Assembly: GCA_041640575.1 (NCBI GenBank)
Contig: JBEPZZ010000023.1
Location: forward strand, 4,462 to 25,180
Length of the DNA stretch: 20,719 bases
Reading direction: 5' to 3'
Origin: Pseudothermotoga sp.
GTDB taxonomy: Bacteria; Thermotogota; Thermotogae; Thermotogales; DSM-5069
Shown: positions 1 through 9,466 of the stretch, one piece after another
How the letters are laid out: every line of letters begins with the position of its first letter
Numbering within the stretch: position 1 is the first letter of the stretch
Made by a program: the position numbers and the translations under genes
Notes under the pieces: generated by a model
Seen by the model: the letters and a program-made list of their open reading frames with translations, nothing else
Told to the model about the DNA's origin: nothing
The model's database searches: none

Positions 1-269
1 CACAACTTTGCACTACCAGTAAGCTTGGATATATCCTTACCATCGAAGGCTATTCTTCCAGCGAAAGGTTCCACCAGCCCCAGGATTGTTTTAGCTAGAG
101 TTGTTTTTCCGCAACCACTTTCGCCAACTATTGAAAGAGCCTCGCCTTTCCTAAGTGTTAAGCTCACATCATCAACAGCTTTCACGTAACCAGCGTGGAT
201 AAAGCCAAATCTTCTCAGCTCGTAGTAAACTTTCAAATTCTCTATACTTAGCAGGACACCGTTGTTCAT
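1..269 (-). CDS. oppF: Oligopeptide/dipeptide ABC transporter ATP-binding subunit (OppF/DppF-like), runs off the window start
   Basis: Not in the ORF track. My translation from ATG at 269 (ATGA overlap with the oppD stop) gives [65 protein letters not shown]..., with Walker A GESGCGKT. Confidence 0.92.
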   Translation of the reverse strand, partial: MNNGVLLSIENLKVYYELRRFGFIHAGYVKAVDDVSLTLRKGEALSIVGESGCGKTTLAKTILGLVEPFAGRIAFDGKDISKLTGSAKL

Positions 270-1246
270 TCCATTTCACCTCTTTCATAAAGCCAGCACT
301 TGACAAATTTCCCGTCAATCTCGTAAGTTCCAGGTTCTTGATCACATTTGGAAAATCTTTTGTGACACCGTTCAGCAAACCTACATCCTTTAGGTGGATT
401 TATCAAGCTAGGTGGTTGTCCAGGTATATAACCAAGCACATCTTTGCGTTGCCTAAGTCTTGGTATACTCTCGAGCAATTTTTCAGAATATGGATGCAGC
501 GGACTGGAAAAGAAACTTTCTGCATCTGAAAATTCCATTATCTGCCCGGCATACATTACTGCAACATACTCTGCGATTTCACTAGCTGTAGCAACGTCGT
601 GTGTTATTAGTATGTATGTCAGTCCAAATTCTTTCTTTATCTTTTTCAATTCATTCATGATATTTGCCTGGGTCAACAAATCAAGGGCTGAAGTTGGTTC
701 GTCCAGAACCACGATATCAGGTTTCGCAGCTAAAGCCATAGCTATTATCGATCGCTGCCTCATACCACCACTGAGCTCAAATGGGTAGCGTTTCATGAAT
801 TGCAGAGGAAAACCAACTATACGGAGGGCTTCTTTAACTTTTTCCAGAGCCTCCTCTTTAGTTTTTGCTAGTCCTCCTACCAGCAACGGTTCTGAAATTT
901 GATCTTCTATTTTGATCACAGGGTTCAACGCATTCATAGCAGCTTGTGGTACAAGTGCCATTTTTTTCCAACGTATCTCTTTCCTGAATCTTTCGTCATC
1001 GTAATCCATCACATTTATTCCGTTTAAGTAAACTTCACCATCGTATCTTGCAACATTTTTCGGTAAAAGTCTCAAAATAGCCTTGCTCAGAGAGGTCTTT
1101 CCACAACCAGACTCACCTATGAAAACAATAGAACTGTTTCTTCTAAGCGAAAACGTTACGTCATCAACAGCTTGAACTGGTCCTCTCATTGTCTGATAAT
1201 AAAGTTTCAAATTCTTAACAGTCAGAAGCACCTCGTTGTTCGCCAT
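266..1246 (-). CDS. oppD: Oligopeptide/dipeptide ABC transporter ATP-binding subunit (OppD/DppD-like)
   Basis: Walker A GESGCGKT, signature LSGGMRQR, Walker B VVLDEPT, H-loop ITHD, HPY motif and C-terminal [10 protein letters not shown] cysteine cluster. Confidence 0.95.
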   Translation of the reverse strand: MANNEVLLTVKNLKLYYQTMRGPVQAVDDVTFSLRRNSSIVFIGESGCGKTSLSKAILRLLPKNVARYDGEVYLNGINVMDYDDERFRKEIRWKKMALVPQAAMNALNPVIKIEDQISEPLLVGGLAKTKEEALEKVKEALRIVGFPLQFMKRYPFELSGGMRQRSIIAMALAAKPDIVVLDEPTSALDLLTQANIMNELKKIKKEFGLTYILITHDVATASEIAEYVAVMYAGQIMEFSDAESFFSSPLHPYSEKLLESIPRLRQRKDVLGYIPGQPPSLINPPKGCRFAERCHKRFSKCDQEPGTYEIDGKFVKCWLYERGEME

Positions 1247-1250
1247 GCTC

Positions 1251-2591
1251 TCACATCCGCCTCAACCTAGGATTGAAAATTCTATCAAGTGCAAAGCCAA
1301 GCATTGAGAATCCAAGACCTGTTAAGATTAATAAAACCGAAGGAACCAAGACCCAGTAGTAATGACCCATATATAAAGCTCCCCTGCTTTGAGCATCGTA
1401 GAGTATCTTTCCCCATGTTGGGATAACTGGATCGGAGATTCCCAAAAAGGCAAGGGTGGCTTCAAGGAACACAAAAGCTGGAACTTCGATCACAAAAGTT
1501 GGAATGAGCATAGGAACAATTCTAGGTACCATGTATCTGAAGATTATCCTTCCTCCACTTGCACCATAGGCTTTGGCAGCTTCTATATAGGGTGACTCGC
1601 GAACTTGCAAGAACATAGCCCTATAGATCTTTATTCCGGATCCGAAAACACCAAGAATAATGACTGTTCCAAGAATAACCCAAATGCTGCGAGAATAGAA
1701 CATTCCTATCATAATAAGTATTATCAGTGTTGGGAGAATCATTCTGATTTCAGTTATTCTTTGGAGCAGTCCATCAACAAAACCTCTATACCATGCCCCT
1801 GTTGCAGCTAGAAGCAAGGTCAAGACTGCGGTACCTATTGCAGCCAAGAATCCAAAGATCAGCGCCACAGGTGCACCCCAGAACAATGCAATTCTTAGGT
1901 CTCTTCTCAAATGGTCTGTACCAGCTATCCCATAAATGCTTCCATAGACTACCAATCTGGCATCTAGATCGTCTTCTGGATTGAAGGTTACAGCCTCTAT
2001 GATAAGCTTATATTTTCCTTTCAATGGAGTTAAAGCTGTTTCGGTAGGTTTAGCGAAAAGTCCTATATGTGCATCTTTGCCTCCCAAACGTCTTCTGAGA
2101 GCTGCATCCTGAGACATTTCATAGGAATCTGTTGATTTTATAGAACCTCTTTTCAAGGTAATTTTTCTTCCATCTGGGGTTTGCCAGTAAAAGGTCCCAT
2201 ACATATTTGGTTCTGAAAACTTTGTATTGAGGAAAAGGGTTATTTCCGTTGGGAATTCATCGTACTGAAAATCAAATTCTAGCTCTATAAGTATATCTTT
2301 ATCTTTTTCGTGCTTTTCAAAGACTTTGGCATTTGGGTTATTCCTGGAATCAACAATTATTGTTCTTGGTAGTTTCTTTGGGGTGAACCAATCGTAAAAA
2401 ATGGGACGAGCAAATCTGGGATTTTCAATCCAAATCTGATCTGCTCCACGCCAAAGCCTTGTTGCTTCAGAATACGGTATTGTTATCACAGTGTATATAG
2501 ACAATGCTATTAGAAAAGCGATTATCGATAAGCCTATAACTGCGCTGGGGTAGCTCTTAATTAGCTTTAGTCTCTGCAAGATTGTGTTCAT
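1251..2591 (-). CDS. oppC: Peptide ABC transporter permease (OppC/DppC-like) with a large extracytoplasmic insertion
   Basis: GTDHLRRD motif, EAA loop (YIEAAKAYGAS), EATLAFLGI..PTWG, C-terminal NPRLRR; a long hydrophilic stretch follows TM1. Confidence 0.93.
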   Translation of the reverse strand: MNTILQRLKLIKSYPSAVIGLSIIAFLIALSIYTVITIPYSEATRLWRGADQIWIENPRFARPIFYDWFTPKKLPRTIIVDSRNNPNAKVFEKHEKDKDILIELEFDFQYDEFPTEITLFLNTKFSEPNMYGTFYWQTPDGRKITLKRGSIKSTDSYEMSQDAALRRRLGGKDAHIGLFAKPTETALTPLKGKYKLIIEAVTFNPEDDLDARLVVYGSIYGIAGTDHLRRDLRIALFWGAPVALIFGFLAAIGTAVLTLLLAATGAWYRGFVDGLLQRITEIRMILPTLIILIMIGMFYSRSIWVILGTVIILGVFGSGIKIYRAMFLQVRESPYIEAAKAYGASGGRIIFRYMVPRIVPMLIPTFVIEVPAFVFLEATLAFLGISDPVIPTWGKILYDAQSRGALYMGHYYWVLVPSVLLILTGLGFSMLGFALDRIFNPRLRRM

Positions 2592-3691
2592 TGTCTAACA
2601 CCTCCAGCACCCACTTTTACTCTTGGATCAAGTATCGCGTAAATTACATCGAGGATCAGAACTGTTAGTGCCAACAAATAGGCATATATGACGTTGGCTC
2701 CAATTATAACAGGTGAATCGAAGCTGTTTATTGCTTCATAAATTCTTCTTCCAAGGCCTGGCCAATTAAAGACCGTTTCAAGGGTAATACTTCCCATCCA
2801 CTGTGCTATCAAAGACAGCGCAAATGATGTAACTATGGCTGGCATCGTAGGTCTGAGCACGTACCTTCTTTCTATCATTGCTGAGCTCAAACCTTTTGCC
2901 TTAGCCATTTCAACGTAATCTTCACTTGCGTAAATCAGAAAATACGTTCGCCAGTTATATGTTGATATAAAAATTGAGCTCAAAAGAACTGATGAAACTG
3001 GGAGAACAAGATGTTTCAACAAGCTCAAAAAGTATTCGGTGCGATCAGCTGGTGGAGGTACACGCACCATACCACCAAATGGCAAGATTCTCAAAACTGC
3101 TGCAAAAATGAGGATGAGAAAAATTCCATAAAACCAAGCAGGTGCGGCAGAAAGCGGGGCCAATGCAATTATCGTCTTATCAAAGAAGGAACCATACCTT
3201 CTGGAAAGAAACAAAGCAAAACTTAGAGCGCTAACAAAAAGGATTAAAAAGCTTGTCATCATTAGAACAAGTGTAGGTACTAATCTTTCCAATATTATCA
3301 GTCTAACCTTTCTAGACCCGGTATCACTTGTCAAGTATTCGGCATTTCCCAGATCTAAAGTTAACGCTTGTTTGAGGTAAATAAAACTTCTGATCAGAAA
3401 TGGTGTGTCAAGTCCATATCTTTTAAACTCAATTTCCTCAAGCATCTTAACGTATTCCTTTCGCTCGTCTGCGCTCATCATCCTATAAACTTCATCGCCA
3501 AGAAGTCTTGTACCTATTTGTTCTCGGATCTGAGATTTTCTGATGTTATCCACGGCACCCCCCATGTTAGCGACCAGGATAACTGCGTACACACCAATAA
3601 TCAACGTTATCGCCAAGATCAAAATTCTCACAAGAAAATACTTCAGAAGTCTACTCAGGTTCGAAATTTCTGTTTTTTCTCTTTTACTCAT
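2588..3691 (-). CDS. oppB: Peptide ABC transporter permease (OppB/DppB-like)
   Basis: YGLDTP, HLVLP, DYVEMAKAKGLS, ETVFNWPGLG and LDPRVK motifs; ATGA overlap with oppC; GAGGAGG upstream. Confidence 0.94.
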   Translation of the reverse strand: MSKREKTEISNLSRLLKYFLVRILILAITLIIGVYAVILVANMGGAVDNIRKSQIREQIGTRLLGDEVYRMMSADERKEYVKMLEEIEFKRYGLDTPFLIRSFIYLKQALTLDLGNAEYLTSDTGSRKVRLIILERLVPTLVLMMTSFLILFVSALSFALFLSRRYGSFFDKTIIALAPLSAAPAWFYGIFLILIFAAVLRILPFGGMVRVPPPADRTEYFLSLLKHLVLPVSSVLLSSIFISTYNWRTYFLIYASEDYVEMAKAKGLSSAMIERRYVLRPTMPAIVTSFALSLIAQWMGSITLETVFNWPGLGRRIYEAINSFDSPVIIGANVIYAYLLALTVLILDVIYAILDPRVKVGAGGVRQ

Positions 3692-3715
3692 CGATAACTA
3701 CATCCTCCTCCCTTC

Positions 3716-3742
3716 AAAAATTGGGGGGCAGCTGCCCCCCAA
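3716..3742 (-). terminator. Stem-loop between oppA and oppB (partial terminator or mRNA stabiliser)
   Basis: Perfect 22-bp palindrome TTGGGGGGCAGCTGCCCCCCAA (3721-3742), followed on the minus strand by TTTTT. Confidence 0.75.
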
Positions 3743-3763
3743 ATTGGAGCCCCTAAACACAGT

Positions 3764-6224
3764 TCATCTTCCTCTGACCATCACATCCACAGTTCCAAAT
3801 CCTGGCAGCGCTGTCTTGATAGACGTCACTGCAACCTCGAGTTTGTAAACCCCTGGTGTGAGCCCTTTTGTGAGTCCTGACGGTAATTCAAAGGTGAACC
3901 AACCATCAGCCAAAGGTTCAGCGTTACCTTTCACGATAAGTGTTCCATCTGGTGCGAACAACAGATACACTGCACTGCTGATATCTTTTACTGGATATGG
4001 AGCACCTTCAAATTCTATGAACAAGTCAAACGCTGCAGCCGTGCCAATTGTAATCACAGTAGCACCTTCCAGCGATACTTGTGGTACTGGAGCCTTCTCA
4101 AATCCTGCCCATCTTTCAACTGGATACGGATATTGTTCGAACCTCTTCAACTGAACAACTCTCTCAACTGGGAAGGCTTTTTCGAGGTAGAATGGGCCCC
4201 ATGCCACCCAGAAGTGTCCTTTCTGGTTGTACCAATTCAACAAGTTTCGATACTTGGCTAGCAATTTATCTTTTGGAACGTACTGTGTTAGAACTTTTTC
4301 ATAAGGCAGCCAGCCTTTTGCGATAACTTCATCAATAGCTTGTTTGAGGATTGGTATTGTTGGACCTGCAATATAATTCAACCATTCGACATTCTTAGCT
4401 TTTGCTTTCGCGCTTGAAAAGGCTGCTTTACCTTGCATTTCTGCATAAAAGCCAATTGCAAGAACATGCCACGGAGCTGGTCCCTGATCATAGTACGGCC
4501 AGAAGACGTTAGCACCAGTTCCGGCGTTCAGTTCTGCATCTGGATACCACAAATCAGTGTAATATTCCGCAACGAATGGATCAACACTGATTATCCTGAA
4601 ACCTTTGAATATTCTCTGAAAACTCTTGAACGCTGCAACTGTTGATTCATCGTAGAATGGACTATCTGGATTAGCTCTGTCAAAAGTAAGGATCATCTTA
4701 AATATTAGATCTGCAGCATCAAATGTGCTACCATCGTGCATCTTTCTTGCGTATAGATTTTTCGGAAATTGTACAATGACTTTTCTCAGAGCTGTAAGTT
4801 TTTGATCACCGAACTTTTCAGCCACGGTTATGAATCTCTGTTCTTTGGCGTCCCAGTCAATGAATGCATCCTTTGGAACAACTATTTCTGGTTCGAACTT
4901 TAGACTGACCCAATCCAAAGTTTTTCTCACAGGCAGTCCTTGCTTCATGACAACTTCAGCATTTTCAAATGAGTATGGATAATACAGTCCAGTGTATGGA
5001 TCTGGCATATAGGCCATAGCACCCGTTGAACGGACAAGCATCATATCATAGATCCAGTTAGAACCCGCTATTGCGTTCCATGGATCCGAGAGAGCAGATG
5101 GCAATCCGATTCTCATTGTTCCACCAACTCTATTGGCAAACCTAATTGTGTAAGGCCAGAGCCAAGAACCGGAAATACCACCGTACAAATCTGCTGTGAC
5201 GAGCACTTCCTTGCGTTTCGGTACAAAAGACATGCTATCGTTTAACCATATCCTGACTGAGTCTTTCAAAGAAAGTTCGAGCGCTTTTGCAAAGAGTTCT
5301 CTTCTTTCTTCCATCGTTGAAAATTCTTTGTTGACAAGTATTTCGCAGATTCTATCGAATTCAGGAGTTGGTTTATAGGCCTGCCACAATGGATTTGGAC
5401 GTCCTCTTGATGTGTAGAAGTAATCAAAGTTTCCAGTTAAATCTCTTGGGACCACAGTTGTGATCCAACCACCCGTGTAGATGTGGAATTTACCTTCTGC
5501 TGGGTTACCAGATAGCCATATTGGAGAAGCTTCTGCTGCACGCTTATAATCACGTTTTGTCTTGAAACCAAGTTTTTCAAGCTGATCTGCTACATAATCT
5601 CCTATGATTCTTCTTTCATCTTCGATTCGTATCAGTAAGATTATTTCTACTGGTTGACCGTTATACGTCCACACACCACCGACTTTTTGTGCTCCAAGCT
5701 TAAGCATGTGTTCAGTTATAATTTTTTCTGCTTTCTCAAAATCGTATTTGTACTTTACCTCGAGTGCTCTCACCACATCAATAAGATCGACGTAATCTGC
5801 AGAAACCGTGTTGATCGGGAAGAGCCTTGGAACAGCCAAGCCACCCATGATCTCACGACAAATATAGTTTCTGTCAACTAGCCAGTTCACTGCTTCTCGA
5901 ATCTCAGGGACTGAGAATGGATTCAACCGCCCGTCTGGGAATGTTGGACCAACCGGGTTGAAAGTGAGTTCGTTGTATGAACCATACGAAGATTCGTATG
6001 CAAGGGCTGCACTTTCTCTAACTCTTCGGAACAAATCAGCTGAGGTCAAAGTCATGGCGTAAACATCGAACTCACCTGCTTCCATCCTGCGAATAGCGGC
6101 TTCTGCCGTTGGCTCCATGACAACAATTACCTCGTCTACCCAAGCTCCAACTCTTTGCTGCCCGAAAGTTGTGATAACTAAGAGCATAGAGATAAATCAG
6201 CAAAAGTTTTCCAGCTTTTAACAC
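3764..6224 (-). CDS. oppA: Large family-5 ABC solute-binding protein (OppA/DppA-like); long ORF is 3764-6187, RBS-linked GTG at 6224 is out of frame
   Basis: SBP_bac_5-like motifs (NPFSVPEIREAVNWLVDR, HDGSTFDAAD, GPFYL); first gene of the oppBCDF operon; GGAGGG at 6231-6236 precedes GTG 6224, which is 37 nt from the ORF ATG at 6187. Confidence 0.85.
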
Positions 6225-6263
6225 GCACACCCCTCCCCATAGTGGAAGTATCCTTTTGTTAAA

Positions 6264-6293
6264 AGTATACCATGGTTTCTTTCCTCAATGCAA
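6264..6293 (-). promoter_or_regulatory. Sigma70/SigA-type promoter of the opp operon
   Basis: Minus strand TTGCAT (6293-6288), 18-nt spacer, TGgTATACT extended -10 (hexamer 6269-6264), about 40 nt upstream of the GTG start. Confidence 0.65.
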
Positions 6294-6516
6294 CCATGTG
6301 AACAAAATGGTTACATAACTAATAATTATTAAGATCGTCGTATAAGAAATGATTTAAGAAATTCAAATGTTAGGTTACCGAACTACTTTGTCATCTGGTA
6401 CGTTAACAAAGTCCATTGAATACTCATCAGAACTACCATAGAAGAATGACTAGCATCTTGATGCCATTTGCAAAAAATGAGCAGAATGCTCGATCCAACT
6501 TACAATTTTTAAACCT

Positions 6517-7170
6517 TTATTTTCTTAAAGACAGAAGTAAACCTAGGATGATAGAAAGCAAGGCGGCACTTAGAACCCTGTAAGTGGATGGCAATAAGAA
6601 AGTGAAAGTGTGAGCTGGGATCCAAAAAAGAGGTATCGTTTTGAGGATGACAAATTCAACAAATTTACTCCAGTTTATAGCTTTTACAACATCAGATATT
6701 TTCAAAGAAAAAATCTTCCGAAACTTTCCTTGTCCCATTTCAATGAAGGTATCAGTTATTCTATGCAAAGCCATAAATGTTGGTGCAAAGATCAAATTCA
6801 TCAAAAGGCTGGAATAAAAGGCATGGAAAAATCTTTCATAACGCTGAGGAAATGCAAGTAATCCCTTACTCAATAGAACCTTCGTTCCAGAAAAAAACAA
6901 CTCAAAAGTAAAGACAAAACACATTCCCAAAAAACCCCAAACAACCATGCGATATAACACTCCAACTGGAAGTTTGTAACTACCATTTTTCAAGCGTAAA
7001 GAAAGTATTTCCCCAAAAGTTGCGAGGATGGCCACTTTTAGAAATCCCATAATGTATGGATGATAGTTTGTGGCCCTTACAAATAACTCGTGCGTTGGTC
7101 TGTAAAGAAGAAAAATAATCACAAAAAGCATAAACAATATGGATGATATGTCGAAGAACTTAACTTTCAT
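6517..7170 (-). CDS. Mpv17/PMP22-family-like multi-pass membrane protein
   Basis: Several hydrophobic segments; C-terminal TIPLFWIPAHTFTFLLPSTYRVL resembles the Mpv17/PMP22 W.P....F..P...RV motif. ATG 7170 is preferred over GTG 7179 because AGGGAG lies 8 nt upstream. Confidence 0.7.
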   Translation of the reverse strand: MKVKFFDISSILFMLFVIIFLLYRPTHELFVRATNYHPYIMGFLKVAILATFGEILSLRLKNGSYKLPVGVLYRMVVWGFLGMCFVFTFELFFSGTKVLLSKGLLAFPQRYERFFHAFYSSLLMNLIFAPTFMALHRITDTFIEMGQGKFRKIFSLKISDVVKAINWSKFVEFVILKTIPLFWIPAHTFTFLLPSTYRVLSAALLSIILGLLLSLRK

Positions 7171-7198
7171 GCTTTTCACTCCCTATGGAGCATAAATC

Positions 7199-8626
7199 TC
7201 AATAAACTCTTTTGTACTGGTTATAGTCTTTCCAAATGTAGTTTCTCGCTCTCAAGATTCTGAAGCTTTTTGGTTTCATCGTTATTCTCAACGTGCCTGC
7301 AACAACCGCAAACTCATCCATCGTGAAAAGGTCAACAAACTTCGTGTTGCTTAGCAACCTACCGTTATCCAAAGAAATAGTTACCGTCTTTTCTTTCACA
7401 TCTTTGTTGATAACAACAACAACACTATGCAACGGATGAGGTGTATTCCTGATATAAGCGAGAGGTTCCTCAGCTAAAATTTTGAAGCTTCCAAACCTTA
7501 ATGCTGGTTCAGTTCGCCTAATAAAGATTAGCTTTTTGTAGAATTCCAAAAGATTCCTGTTCCATTTTGTTTCGTCCCAAACCATTGGCTTTCTACACTC
7601 TGGATCCTTTCCGCCATCCATTCCTATTTCAGTACCGTAGTAGACCACTGGGACACCTGGGTATGTAAACTGCATAACTATAGCAAGCTTTCTAAGCTCT
7701 TCGTCCTTGATCGTTGTTGCGAGTCTTTCTGTATCATGACTGTCCAACATGTTCCAGCATCCGTGTATATTCTCAGTCTCCAAGTAAGCCTTCTCGAGCG
7801 CCAAACCAGCATTTTCCATCTCGCCATTCAAATAAGCGTAAACGCAGCTTGAAAAATGATAGTTCATAATTCCATCTACTATATTCCAACTTGCTGGATA
7901 CGTCCATATTTCGCTTACAACATAAGAATCTGAAGAAACTTCCTTTGCCTTCGCAGTGATCCAAGCATTGTTCAATGGTCCAATGTCATGCCCACAATCC
8001 AATCTCCAACCATTAATACCCATTCTAAGATAATGCTCCACAACTTTCAAAACGTAATCACGGACAGAAGTGTTTTCAAGGCTTATCTCTGGTAGAGACC
8101 TTGAGCCATACCAGCCTACGTAATAATCATCGGCACGGAAAGAAAAACGGCTGATATTCTCCTTGTCGCCTTTCATAGCCTTTAAAAGCCATGGATGTTG
8201 GGAACTTACGTGATTAAAAACTCCATCGAGGATTAACCTTATTCCATTTTTCTTGCATTCGTTTAGAAGCTTTCTGAAAGCAGCGTTTCCACCAAATTGA
8301 GGATCTACGGTAAAGTAATCTATGGTATCGTATTTGTGATTTGATGGAGAAAGAAAAATAGGAGTTAGATAAATACAATTTGCTCCCAAAGTTTTTATGT
8401 AATCAAGTTTTTCAACAATGCCCCACAAATCTCCCCCGTAAAAGACTTTACAGTGACTACCATCTTCGGTTCGCTTGGGTGGAACATCCCAGTTTTCTAT
8501 CCTTCCACCTCTTTCTTCATATAATTTTCTCTTATCTTCAACAGTTAAACCTTTTCCTATGTAAAACCTATCAGGAAAGATTTGATAAATCACTGTGTCA
8601 TAAACCCAACTGGGAAGCGGATACAA
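7199..8626 (-). CDS. GH13 alpha-amylase-family enzyme (cyclomaltodextrinase/neopullulanase/maltogenic amylase type)
   Basis: YQIFPDRF, GGDLWGI, HKYDT, DGVFNH, catalytic GWRLD / SEIW / LDSHD, PVVYYGTE, DPECR. Start placed at TTG 8626 after the GAGGTG RBS rather than the track's 8680. Confidence 0.93.
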   Translation of the reverse strand: MYPLPSWVYDTVIYQIFPDRFYIGKGLTVEDKRKLYEERGGRIENWDVPPKRTEDGSHCKVFYGGDLWGIVEKLDYIKTLGANCIYLTPIFLSPSNHKYDTIDYFTVDPQFGGNAAFRKLLNECKKNGIRLILDGVFNHVSSQHPWLLKAMKGDKENISRFSFRADDYYVGWYGSRSLPEISLENTSVRDYVLKVVEHYLRMGINGWRLDCGHDIGPLNNAWITAKAKEVSSDSYVVSEIWTYPASWNIVDGIMNYHFSSCVYAYLNGEMENAGLALEKAYLETENIHGCWNMLDSHDTERLATTIKDEELRKLAIVMQFTYPGVPVVYYGTEIGMDGGKDPECRKPMVWDETKWNRNLLEFYKKLIFIRRTEPALRFGSFKILAEEPLAYIRNTPHPLHSVVVVINKDVKEKTVTISLDNGRLLSNTKFVDLFTMDEFAVVAGTLRITMKPKSFRILRARNYIWKDYNQYKRVY

Positions 8627-8746
8627 TTGTCTCACCTCTTTTAAGAATCGAATTCCTTCGGTTATTTTATTTAAAAACACGGTTTGTTCAGAAAAAGAAC
8701 GACATATTTCATTTCTAAGCCTATGAGCTACAAAGTTATGAATGTT

Positions 8747-9466
8747 TCATATTCTCAAAGCTTCCCAACTTTCATTCAAAATCATAATATAGTTATAACC
8801 AATGTCTTTAAGAATCTCTATTCCCTCTTTCAGTCCAAGTCCAATGTTCTCAAGATTATGTGCATCCGAGCCTAGGGTTAATAACTCTCCACCAAGTTCC
8901 TTATAAAGCCTGAGTATTTCAACACTCGGATTCGGTTCACCATAAACGCTAATGGAACGAGTGTTGACTTCCAAAAACTTGCCATTTTGTATCAGGTACT
9001 TGAGAATTTCTTCCAAAAGATTGTAAGTATCGTGCAAAAACGGTTCATGCTCTTTTTGATATCTTCTTGGAAAATCTAGATGAGCAAGGCAGTGAAAATT
9101 CTTGACCTTTCGGATCAATTTGTTCAATCTTTCAAGATATTTCACGTAACTTTCTTGGTCAATTGGATCATCAATGTCGTGATGTGAAAGAAGAACAAAA
9201 TCAAAACTCTCGAGATTTAAATTTAAAGGTTTTACTCCATCCCATCCAAGTTCTACACCAACAGGAAGGGAATATTTGGCCATTTCCTTTTTATAACTTT
9301 CGACGTCAAAACACCATTCTTTCCAAACATCCTTAGTTGAAACTTCGTAGTGATCCGTTATGATGAAGCTTTTGATACCTTTCTCTTCACAAGTGGCGAC
9401 GACATCTGAAACTAAAGATTTGCAGTCTAAGGAGAAATGACTGTGTATATGATAGTCTACAAGCAC
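8747..9466 (-). CDS. PHP-domain phosphoesterase, histidinol-phosphatase HisK/HisJ family
   Basis: DYHIHS, ITDH, GVE, AHLD, EVNT and GSDAH metal-binding motifs. GTG 9466 follows an AAGGAG RBS. Confidence 0.85.
   Translation of the reverse strand: MLVDYHIHSHFSLDCKSLVSDVVATCEEKGIKSFIITDHYEVSTKDVWKEWCFDVESYKKEMAKYSLPVGVELGWDGVKPLNLNLESFDFVLLSHHDIDDPIDQESYVKYLERLNKLIRKVKNFHCLAHLDFPRRYQKEHEPFLHDTYNLLEEILKYLIQNGKFLEVNTRSISVYGEPNPSVEILRLYKELGGELLTLGSDAHNLENIGLGLKEGIEILKDIGYNYIMILNESWEALRI

Noticed and set aside
3698..3712. ATG-TAG start-stop directly after the oppB RBS
   Set aside because: The ATG abuts the SD sequence, so initiation there is unlikely; probably chance.
6472..6491. GAGCA-TTC-TGCTC + ATTTTTT (minus strand) after the Mpv17-like gene
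   Set aside because: Only a 5-bp stem; too weak to call as a terminator.
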